Assembly (NCBI GenBank): GCA_048882485.1 | Contig: JBHLRP010000064.1 | Span: forward strand, 1 to 17,786 | DNA: 17,786 bases | Source: Candidatus Thorarchaeota archaeon | GTDB lineage: Archaea; Asgardarchaeota; Thorarchaeia; Thorarchaeales; Thorarchaeaceae | Direction: 5' to 3' | In this document: positions 7,332 to 15,117 of the stretch, one piece after another | Layout: each line of letters begins with the position of its first letter | Position numbering within the stretch: position 1 is the stretch's first letter | Position numbers and translations under genes: made by a program | Notes under the pieces: generated by a model | Seen by the model: only the letters and a program-made list of their open reading frames with translations | Told to the model about the DNA's origin: nothing | Databases searched by the model: none

Positions 7332-8125
7332 TGCTCTCCTTTCTCCTTCTCTACCTTCATGATAAGATTCTCCAGCCTCCTAATTCTGTCCTCCAAAGAC
7401 GTCAGCGCATCCTTAACTGGATCAGGCAACGCCGCATGGTCAAGATCGATTTTGGGGATTTTCTTTCCATTCCGTGCTACAATGCGACCTGGCACTCCGA
7501 CAACTACTGAATCATCAGGAATGTCTTCAGTCACAACTGCATTTGCCCCTATTCTCACTCTATTGCCTATTCTAACCGGTCCTAGTATCCTAGCTCCAGA
7601 GCCAATGACAACATCGTTGCCAACTGTAGGATGACGTTTTTCTCTGGTCATGGTGACTCCTCCAAGAGTCACACCTTGATAGATTGTAACATTATCTCCG
7701 ATTTCAGATGTTTCGCCGATTACTACGCCGCCTCCATGGTCTATGAAGAAATCTGACCCTATCTTCGCTCCGGGGTGAATTTCGATCTGAGTCACCATTC
7801 GATTCACATGTGAAAGAAACCTTGGCACATATGGTATCCCCAACTTGTGGAGGAAGTTAGCTATACGGTGGAGGAGTATTGCCTGTACTCCTGGATAAGA
7901 TGTGATGACCTCCATTATATTGATTGCAGCTGGGTCTTTTCTGAATGCGGCCGCTATGTCGCCTGTGAAGAGTTGGGTCATCATTAATAGCTCGTCAATG
8001 GCCGCTTCTGCATCAATTGATTCTCTCTCAACAACACCTAAACTTATCAGACAGCCTATGCAGCTCTCTCTTTCCTTTTCTGTAAGCACAGAGCCGCACT
8101 GTGGGCATTCTCTCTCAACCATCAT
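7328..8125 (-). CDS. cysE: Serine O-acetyltransferase with N-terminal CxxC-x11-CxxC extension
   Basis: DPAA, YPGVQA, IEIHPGAKIG, FFIDHGGGVVIGET, YQGVTLGG, KRHPT, hexapeptide repeats, and C-terminal LDH..LPDP. Translationally coupled to cysK. Confidence 0.96.
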   Translation of the reverse strand: MMVERECPQCGSVLTEKERESCIGCLISLGVVERESIDAEAAIDELLMMTQLFTGDIAAAFRKDPAAINIMEVITSYPGVQAILLHRIANFLHKLGIPYVPRFLSHVNRMVTQIEIHPGAKIGSDFFIDHGGGVVIGETSEIGDNVTIYQGVTLGGVTMTREKRHPTVGNDVVIGSGARILGPVRIGNRVRIGANAVVTEDIPDDSVVVGVPGRIVARNGKKIPKIDLDHAALPDPVKDALTSLEDRIRRLENLIMKVEKEKGEQ

Positions 8126-8141
8126 TCATCCTCACGGCCAT

Positions 8142-8184
8142 GTTGATAACAATGTTATACATCAAGCATTGAATTGCCTTAAAA
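8142..8184 (-). promoter_or_regulatory. Putative cysE-cysK promoter with palindromic operator
   Basis: TTTTAAG at 8184-8178 (minus strand). Palindrome ATAACA-a-TGTTAT at 8146-8158 sits at the expected transcription start and overlaps GTT-gat-AAC at 8142-8150. Confidence 0.5.
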
Positions 8185-8286
8185 CTAGTTGTTTTGGCAC
8201 TTGCTTGAGGACCTATCTGTGCTTTGGTTTGGTTAGTGCAGTAACTCTCAGGAAAGTAATCATCCAAATTCAGGGATTAAACAAAG

Positions 8287-8658
8287 CTACCAAATGCCAA
8301 ACACGCCTAAATCTCGCGCTTCTGCTATAACTGACCTCCATTTTTCCATATCAAGTTGCGATTGATTGGAAAGATGCGGACTCGAATTGTTAATGGTTCC
8401 TGTTGCCGTTGCATAGCAACCAACGCAGGTCAAATTGCACCTTGATGTTATACTCATTATAAGAACTGGCGGGATTCTTAGTTTCTTCGACCTTAGTCTT
8501 TCTCTAGTCTTTTCAGCTTGTAGATATGCACGGCCAAGACGCATCGCTGCACGAAGATATCTTGGGTGATGCAAAATCCAAGGCAGGAATGTTCTCGTAA
8601 GGTCAGGGTGGAGGTTGTCAAGGAATTTACGCAGGAATGTCTGTGCCATCTTCATCAA
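8287..8658 (-). pseudogene. Truncated radical SAM protein (N-terminal fragment)
   Basis: IPPVLIMSITSRCNLTCVGCY contains CxxxCxxC. The ORF stops at EARDLGVFGIW*, just before the expected GGEP motif, and no GGEP continuation is seen in any frame in the ~160 nt before cysE. Likely start ATG 8649. Confidence 0.8.
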
Positions 8659-8711
8659 GGTGTGTTACTCCAATAGTTCCTAACGCTGCGTAAGCTGCAA
8701 TCAAATACAAG

Positions 8712-8727
8712 AGATTTACATAAATCT
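8712..8727. promoter_or_regulatory. Palindromic operator overlapping the TATA-like box of the ArsR-family gene
   Basis: AGATTTA-ca-TAAATCT perfect 7-2-7 inverted repeat containing TTTACATA (8715-8722), about 25 nt upstream of ATG 8745, in the divergent intergenic region. Confidence 0.65.
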
Positions 8728-8744
8728 GACTTATCAAAGCCAGC

Positions 8745-9122
8745 ATGCCAGATAGGAGTGGAGAAAAGAAAACCGGAATCTCGCTTTGTGGCGGGATTTC
8801 TGATTCAGCTTGCTATGCCTCTGAGTATTCTGATCGGAAGAATGCTCTTGATGATTTCTGTTCGATAAGGAGGCGAATAGATACAGGAATATTCACGTCC
8901 GGTGTTAGACTAGGAATCCTCTTGCTGCTCCTCAAGCTTAGCTCTGCATGTGTTTGCGAAATGCAATACGCTCTTGATGAGCCCCGACAATCTCTGATTT
9001 CACATCATCTACGTGCGCTTAAGAAGAAAGGTTGGCTTCAGAGTGAGAAATTCCAGAAGTGGACCTTCTATAGCATTCCTGAGAATAGAAGAAAATCTCT
9101 TTCAGCCTTCCTAAAAGGCTAG
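8745..9122 (+). CDS. ArsR/SmtB family transcriptional regulator (CVC motif)
   Basis: RLGILLLL...ACVCEM...QSLISHHLRALKKKGWL...KWTFYS winged helix-turn-helix. Three extra Cys in the N-terminal arm. Confidence 0.9.
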   Translation: MPDRSGEKKTGISLCGGISDSACYASEYSDRKNALDDFCSIRRRIDTGIFTSGVRLGILLLLLKLSSACVCEMQYALDEPRQSLISHHLRALKKKGWLQSEKFQKWTFYSIPENRRKSLSAFLKG

Positions 9123-9197
9123 GCATTCGAGTAAACGATTTGCTTTGGAATCTGAATATCGCAAAGGTAATGAGCAATCAATTCTCATTCAATTAAT

Positions 9198-9779
9198 GTG
9201 CCTATGGTGAACTCTGCAGACATGAGGGTGAATAATCAGAAGAGTGATCTATACGGAGTGAGCCCTGTGATAATCGCGGAGGTTATGGCATTTGTGACAC
9301 TCTTTACTCCCTATGCAGTCATTCCAGCACATTGGGCATGGCTATTCCTCACAGATGTCTTCTATTCTCAGCCTCTGTTCTATTCACTTCTGTGGGTCTT
9401 CACACCAAGAATTCACGATAATCTTCTCGTCGCCTTCATTCACCCGGAAATACTGTGGTCTACCGGTCCCTATAGTCTGTTTAACATAGTATTTGCATTG
9501 AAGGTTGTTCGCTATTACCAAGGAAAGGCGAACAAGCCCTCAGTCATAAAATATGGACTAATCAGTCTGTTGATGCCTTCCATTCTACTGACATGTTTAC
9601 TCTCATTAGCATCATTTGACTTGGTTATTCTTGGTCTTGTCTGGCCAATTCCCATCCAATTCCTTGTTGGCCTCGCTCTACTTCATTTCGTGAGTGGACC
9701 AACAGCTGCACCAGAAGAGGAGGAAAGCATTAGGAAGGTTTCGCTTACAATGGAAGAGCTAGATGAAATGTATGAATAG
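9198..9779 (+). CDS. Hypothetical multi-pass membrane protein
   Basis: About five hydrophobic segments, VVRYYQGK loop, PIPIQFLVG and an acidic tail. Start uncertain (GTG 9198, ATG 9204 or ATG 9222). Confidence 0.75.
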   Translation: MPMVNSADMRVNNQKSDLYGVSPVIIAEVMAFVTLFTPYAVIPAHWAWLFLTDVFYSQPLFYSLLWVFTPRIHDNLLVAFIHPEILWSTGPYSLFNIVFALKVVRYYQGKANKPSVIKYGLISLLMPSILLTCLLSLASFDLVILGLVWPIPIQFLVGLALLHFVSGPTAAPEEEESIRKVSLTMEELDEMYE

Positions 9780-9873
9780 CCTTCTCCGCTAGGGCAAGAT
9801 ACTCTTCCACTAATCAAATGACTGTCCGGTAATGTAAAGAGGAAGTCATGTCCATCATGAGTGGGTGCCAACG

Positions 9874-10707
9874 ATGAAAACTGAGGAAGGAGAATATATC
9901 GGATACGACGGGAAGAAGATGTTCATGCGTGGATGGCTTCCTGATGTAGAGCCTCGCGCATTAGTGATTGGAATCCATGGACTTGGCTCTCATAGCGGCT
10001 TAATATCTTTCGTTGGTGAATTATATGCCAATAGAGAGTATGCATTCATGGCACCTGACTTGAGAGGGTTTGGTCATTATGATGGAATCAAGGGACATGT
10101 CGAGAGCTTTGGCGAGATAATAGAGGATGTGAACGGCTTCGTGGCCCAGATGAAGGACCGGTTTGACGGGTTGAAGACATTCATGCATGGTCATTCATTT
10201 GGTGGATTGGTCACTGTGCATTATGCTGTGAAGTATTCGGACCAACTGGATGGTATCTTAATTCCCTGTCCTGCTGTATCAGAGCGACTTGAAATGGGTA
10301 AAGGTACGAGAGCGATGGCTGGCCTATTGTCTAAGGTGAATGTTAAGAGGAAGTTCGATATGGGACTGAACCTAGACCTCATCTCCAGGAACCCTGAAGT
10401 AGTGAAGCGAAACAAGGAGGATCCATTGCGGATAACCACATGTACTCCCAGGTTTGGAGCTGAGGGTCTCAAGGCTAGGGAGGAGGGCTTCAATATGGCA
10501 AACAGGATAACACTTCCAGTCATACTCCAGCAGAGTGAAAACGATCTCATCCTGGTCCCTGAGAAGAATAGGGAGTTCTTCGACAATATCGCATCTGAAG
10601 ATAAGACCTTCAAGATGTATCCTGGTTTCTATCATGAACCCTTTGAAGATCCTGGCGCTGAGGAGTTCATTAGTGACATGTTCAGCTGGCTTGACGCTCA
10701 TCTCTAG
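9874..10707 (+). CDS. Alpha/beta hydrolase, lysophospholipase / monoacylglycerol lipase family
   Basis: IHGLGSH, DLRGFGH, nucleophile elbow GHSFGG, SEND acid and YHE histidine. ATG 9874 with GGGTG upstream is preferred to GTG 9865. Confidence 0.93.
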   Translation: MKTEEGEYIGYDGKKMFMRGWLPDVEPRALVIGIHGLGSHSGLISFVGELYANREYAFMAPDLRGFGHYDGIKGHVESFGEIIEDVNGFVAQMKDRFDGLKTFMHGHSFGGLVTVHYAVKYSDQLDGILIPCPAVSERLEMGKGTRAMAGLLSKVNVKRKFDMGLNLDLISRNPEVVKRNKEDPLRITTCTPRFGAEGLKAREEGFNMANRITLPVILQQSENDLILVPEKNREFFDNIASEDKTFKMYPGFYHEPFEDPGAEEFISDMFSWLDAHL

Positions 10708-10724
10708 TTCTGCTGGTGTACAGA

Positions 10725-12017
10725 CTACTTGTATTCGACTCTGACAAGATGTGAGCTGCAACTAATACATGGGTCATATGACCGCGCAATCATCTCGAAT
10801 TGAAGTTCAATGTTCTCAGTCTTCCCACTGGAGAGAAGCTCCTCGCCACTTTTGAGTATAAACGCTTCAATGTCATCAAGAAACATAGCAGTAGGAGTGA
10901 TATAATCTGCGTATGTGGTTTTGCCCTCCTTGATTTCGTAATAATGGATGAGAGTTCCTCTAGGCGCTTCTACCGCACCCATGCCAGTACCGCTGTTTTG
11001 CCTTGGCTTAGCTACCTCCGGCACCTCAATCTCAAACAGTTCATCGACTTTCTTAATCACTGACTCTATTGAGAATACTTGCTCAATCGCTTGGGCGTGG
11101 TTGTTGTATAGGGGATTTCGATGCCATCTCTCGTTATGGATCTTATCATACGCTTTCCTAGCCTCACCCTTTAGTCGATCCCCAAGAAGGAGTACACGCG
11201 CGAGCGCCCCCACTGAAAATGGCTGTTCCTTGTATTGACAGCGTTTGGCAAAGCTGTGACTTACGACACGTTCCTTTATTACATTCTTGTAGTCCTCAGC
11301 AGGATGCTCTAGCCCATCTGAGGTGATCAATACATCTCCGTAATAGTCATAACCATGATGTGGTGGCTTGCAGCACAGGAACTGAGTTTCTCTCTCCATA
11401 TGATCTGGAATCTCTAGTCCAGTCAGAATATCAATTGTATCGATGGCAAATGGGAGAAGCTCCTTTGCCTCAGCCTGTATCTCAAGAAGTGCATTCTTGT
11501 CTGGAACCCTACCAAACCCTCCAAGAATCGGATTTTCACCGTGGATCATCCTACCCCCCATCATTCTCATGATCTTATTGCCAAAGGCCTTCATCTGCAA
11601 AGCCTGTGTCACCAAGGGCCCATGGTTCTCAGCCATTGCAATTGCATTATCAAATCCTAAGAAATCTGGCAAGGCCAGGAAGTAGAGGTGGAGGCTATGG
11701 CTCTCAATCATCTCTCCATAATGCATAAAATGTCTGAAGAGGTTTGTAGCCTCAGGCACCTCGACTTCGAGAGCCTTCTCCAATGCGCGAAGACTCGCAT
11801 ACTTGTGAGAAAGATTGCATATTGCACATATTCTTGGTACAAGATTGAGATTCTCCTCCGGCGTCTTGCCAATCACAAGTGCTTCAAAGAGGCGCGGGCC
11901 CTCTAGAATTTGAACCTCGACATTTGCTATTTTATTATCTGAGATCTCAACTCGGATTCCACCATTACCCTCAACTCTTGCTAGAGGCTTAATGTTTATT
12001 TTACCGCTACTTGTCAT
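10725..12017 (-). CDS. hydA: Group 3b [NiFe] hydrogenase (sulfhydrogenase) large subunit alpha
   Basis: ARVEG, GPRLFE, L1 PRICAIC, EAPRGTLIHYY, ITPT, L2 DPCISCSSH plus a 7-aa C-terminal extension. ATG 12017 lies just after the delta stop. Confidence 0.95.
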   Translation of the reverse strand: MTSSGKINIKPLARVEGNGGIRVEISDNKIANVEVQILEGPRLFEALVIGKTPEENLNLVPRICAICNLSHKYASLRALEKALEVEVPEATNLFRHFMHYGEMIESHSLHLYFLALPDFLGFDNAIAMAENHGPLVTQALQMKAFGNKIMRMMGGRMIHGENPILGGFGRVPDKNALLEIQAEAKELLPFAIDTIDILTGLEIPDHMERETQFLCCKPPHHGYDYYGDVLITSDGLEHPAEDYKNVIKERVVSHSFAKRCQYKEQPFSVGALARVLLLGDRLKGEARKAYDKIHNERWHRNPLYNNHAQAIEQVFSIESVIKKVDELFEIEVPEVAKPRQNSGTGMGAVEAPRGTLIHYYEIKEGKTTYADYITPTAMFLDDIEAFILKSGEELLSSGKTENIELQFEMIARSYDPCISCSSHLVRVEYK

Positions 12018-12021
12018 AGTT

Positions 12022-12819
12022 TCATCCGTTCCTCTTTTTGATATCTTCAACATACTTCAGAATCTTCTGTCCCCCGAAGTTACGAATTCTTCGGATTACA
12101 TCTTCATATGATATTCCGAAGCTGGCCAAAAGTTTGAATAGCTCATTGAAGTTCCCGTCATTGTTCGGACCCCAGCAGCCCACACAAGGTTGTCCGTGGT
12201 TCGGGCATGCTGAATCACATCCTCCCATCGTCACAGGTCCAAGACAGAATTTCTTGTCAAGCAATAAGCACTTGTTCTCGTTGAGTTTGCACTCAAGGCA
12301 GACCGGAGTTGTGATGCCCTCTGGTTCGGCACCATGAATCAGCCTGCCAATTAGTGCCATAGTTTGGGGTTGGCTTATTGGGCAACCTGGTAGATAATAA
12401 TCTACAGTTATGATTTGGTCAATAGGAGTCGCCTCTATTGGTTCAGTGAGGAACTTCACATCACCATAGACCTTCTTAAGCCTCTCAGCAAAGCTCCCAT
12501 CTCTCGCAAACATCGCCTGAGGTCCACCGGCAACAGCACAGTTGCCTAACGCAACTACAACTTTAGCTCGGTTCCTGATTTCCTTGATATGCTCAATTTC
12601 CTCATCAGTGCTGATGCTTCCCTCAACAAAGGCAACATCCAATCCATTCTCGATTGGATTCGATGATGCCATCACAAAGGATCGGATATCTGTAGTTTCG
12701 AAGAGATTCAGAATTTGGTCTTCTGTGTGAATGATGATCAGCTGATCCCCTGCACAGCCAGTAAAGCCATAGATGCCTATCCTGGGCTTTAATGTCTGCT
12801 TCCTGTTCTTCCTAGACAT
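12022..12819 (-). CDS. hydD: Group 3b [NiFe] hydrogenase small subunit delta
   Basis: GCAGDQL, VEGSI, ALGNCA, LPGCP, VCLECK...CLGPVT..GC.S.CP....CVGCWG. Confidence 0.93.
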   Translation of the reverse strand: MSRKNRKQTLKPRIGIYGFTGCAGDQLIIIHTEDQILNLFETTDIRSFVMASSNPIENGLDVAFVEGSISTDEEIEHIKEIRNRAKVVVALGNCAVAGGPQAMFARDGSFAERLKKVYGDVKFLTEPIEATPIDQIITVDYYLPGCPISQPQTMALIGRLIHGAEPEGITTPVCLECKLNENKCLLLDKKFCLGPVTMGGCDSACPNHGQPCVGCWGPNNDGNFNELFKLLASFGISYEDVIRRIRNFGGQKILKYVEDIKKRNG

Positions 12820-12820
12820 C

Positions 12821-13672
12821 TTAAATCAACTCCCTGAAATGTAGGGTGTCCCAATAGGTGAATACTGGTCCATCCATGCAGGTGTAGATGTGGTCAAGGG
12901 CACAGTGGCCGCATTTTCCAATACCACATTTCATCCTGCGTTCAAGCGTCATCTGAATCATATTCTTGGGAATCTTCAGCTTGAGCAATTCTTTGATGAC
13001 AAACTTGTACATCACAGGAGGACCACATACTACTGCCGTTGTTGTCTTTGGGTCGATGTCTGGCAGCTTCTCGAATAGCTTTGTCACCACTCCTATGCTT
13101 TCTATCCACTCTCCCGTTGGATCTTCATCCACTGTATAGAAGCAATCTATGTCATCTCGATCTCTAATCTGGAAGAACTCGCTTCTGAAAAGGAACTCAT
13201 CCGGATTTCTTGCCCCGTAGAGGAAATGGAGTTCATCAAATTGGTCCCGGTTATCTAATACGAAGTATAGTATCGAGCGCAAAGGAATTACTCCAAGTCC
13301 CCCTGCAACTATGATGATATCACGTTCCACCATTGGTTCAAGCTTGAATCCATTTCCGTACGGGCCACGCACATAGACAATATCGTTGTCCTTCTTCTTG
13401 AACAGAGCATTAGTGACTTTGCCTGTCTTTCGTATGCCCATTTCCAAGATACCTGGTCTGCTGGGCGTAGAGGAAATAGAGAAGGGAGCTTCTCCCACGC
13501 CCGGAATTGAGAGCATTATGAACTGCCCTGGCTTATAATTAAAGGACATTGCTCTCTTCATGTCGGTGAAGCGAATCTGGAAGAAGCGATGATTCTTAAT
13601 GAGGTCATACTGCCTGACAATCCTTGCTGGTTCAGGCTGATATGGGTTTTCTACTTGTTCAATAGCAGTCAT
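12821..13672 (-). CDS. hydG: Group 3b hydrogenase gamma subunit (FAD/NAD(P)-binding, 2Fe-2S)
   Basis: PGQFIML, GEAPFSISS, RGPYGNGF, VAGGLG, CGPPVM, LERRMKCGIGKCGHC...CMDGPVF. ATG 13672 overlaps the beta stop (ATGA). Confidence 0.93.
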   Translation of the reverse strand: MTAIEQVENPYQPEPARIVRQYDLIKNHRFFQIRFTDMKRAMSFNYKPGQFIMLSIPGVGEAPFSISSTPSRPGILEMGIRKTGKVTNALFKKKDNDIVYVRGPYGNGFKLEPMVERDIIIVAGGLGVIPLRSILYFVLDNRDQFDELHFLYGARNPDEFLFRSEFFQIRDRDDIDCFYTVDEDPTGEWIESIGVVTKLFEKLPDIDPKTTTAVVCGPPVMYKFVIKELLKLKIPKNMIQMTLERRMKCGIGKCGHCALDHIYTCMDGPVFTYWDTLHFRELI

Positions 13673-14700
13673 TCTTTCGGCACCTCGCATTTCGTAAGCG
13701 CCTCAGAAACTGTAAGTACGTTAATATCAACAGGGCACGTGTCAACACATCGGCCGCATCCAACACAGCTAGGTTTCCCGTATTCATGAGCGAACGCCTT
13801 CAACTTGTGAGTATACCATAATTTCAGACGATTTGCACGCAAGCCTCTGAAGTTATGACCACCAGCAACTAGGCTATATTCCTCAAACATACAGCTATCC
13901 CAGATTCTCTCACGCCTTCCTGATATGCTACTAGAGATGTCCAAAACATCAGTAACATTGTAACAGTTGCACGTTGGGCAGACCATTGTGCATTGACCAC
14001 ATGACAGGCACTTCTCGGCAAAGTAGTCCCAGACTTCACTGTTATAGCTCAGCTCGATTATGTCTGGCATTGCAGGGAAGTTAAATGAGTGCTTGAACAT
14101 TCCATTGCGATTCTCCCGCCAGTCAATATAGCGTTGGATGTCCTCGTGGGTCACATTGTCGTCAAAGAAATCTTCTTTTTCCAAAACCATGTCATGACCT
14201 AGGCTTGAACCTATCCAAACCAGAAAGAACTCATCTAAGTCCACAAAGAATAGATCAAAACCCACTTCTACGATATCTGTACCTGTGGAGTTACAGAGAG
14301 CACTATCCGAAGGCAAGCAAGAGAAACCAATGATTGCAGTGTTATTCCTAAGTCTTGAATAATACGGGTCAGGTGGATTCTCAAGGAAAACCTCATCGAG
14401 CCTAAGGATTCCATGTATCTCACATGGATGCACACCTAATATGACCCGTTTCTCAATTATTGAATATTCAGGTCTAAACCCTTCCTCGTCGAATTCGAAC
14501 ATGCTGATTTTCTTGGGATGGAGGAGCTTCTTCAATGGGATTAGTGTGTTTTCACCATTTAGAACAAGCTCATTGAAATTCTTGATTGGGGCATAGGTGA
14601 CTACACCATGTATTCGCTTCGGTCCATATAGCTTCCCAAACTCATCAAGGCTCATTAAGAACTCCTGGAGAAAATGCGACTGCATTTTGAGTATGCGCAT
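13669..14700 (-). CDS. hydB: Group 3b hydrogenase beta subunit (4Fe-4S dicluster protein)
   Basis: GVHPCE, DPYY, CLSCGQCTMVCPTCNC, WDSC, GGHNFR, CVGCGRCVDTCP. ATG 14700 with AGGTGGT upstream. Confidence 0.93.
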   Translation of the reverse strand: MRILKMQSHFLQEFLMSLDEFGKLYGPKRIHGVVTYAPIKNFNELVLNGENTLIPLKKLLHPKKISMFEFDEEGFRPEYSIIEKRVILGVHPCEIHGILRLDEVFLENPPDPYYSRLRNNTAIIGFSCLPSDSALCNSTGTDIVEVGFDLFFVDLDEFFLVWIGSSLGHDMVLEKEDFFDDNVTHEDIQRYIDWRENRNGMFKHSFNFPAMPDIIELSYNSEVWDYFAEKCLSCGQCTMVCPTCNCYNVTDVLDISSSISGRRERIWDSCMFEEYSLVAGGHNFRGLRANRLKLWYTHKLKAFAHEYGKPSCVGCGRCVDTCPVDINVLTVSEALTKCEVPKE

Positions 14701-15117
14701 ACATACCACCTAACCCAAAACAGGCTTGAGTTACTCATCAGTAAACAGATCAAGACGATTGTGTGAAAGGACACTGGAAACTGAAAAGGATTAAGGTCTG
14801 CTCGATATTTCCTGTTTAAACCAGATGAACATAAGGCGGAATATTAGAGCAAAGATTCCATCTGGCGAAAAACCTAATGCGTTCGGCAACTGAAGAATTT
14901 AGGTTTCCCAAAAGGGGCTGCAACGCTTGATGCAAAGCACTCCCAACTCGGACTTCACAGAGCGCATAAGCCTATCTCTGGTACGGTGTGGTAAATTGGC
15001 TGCTTCTCATCGAATCATATTCCGCTATAGGAAACTCTAAACTTCTCACGACAAGGCGGGTTTTCTCTTATTTGTCCTGATGGAACTGTAACATCTGCTT
15101 CAAATCTCAGATGGTGA

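Noticed and set aside
256-8289. Alternative genetic code or stop-codon reassignment explaining four interrupted genes
   Set aside because: The interruptions use different codons (TAG, TAA, TGA, TAG), all three stops end intact genes in this window, and two of the cases have no downstream continuation.
10725-12017. [NiFeSe] hydrogenase
   Set aside because: Both L1 (RICAIC) and L2 (DPCISC) are encoded by Cys codons with no in-frame TGA.
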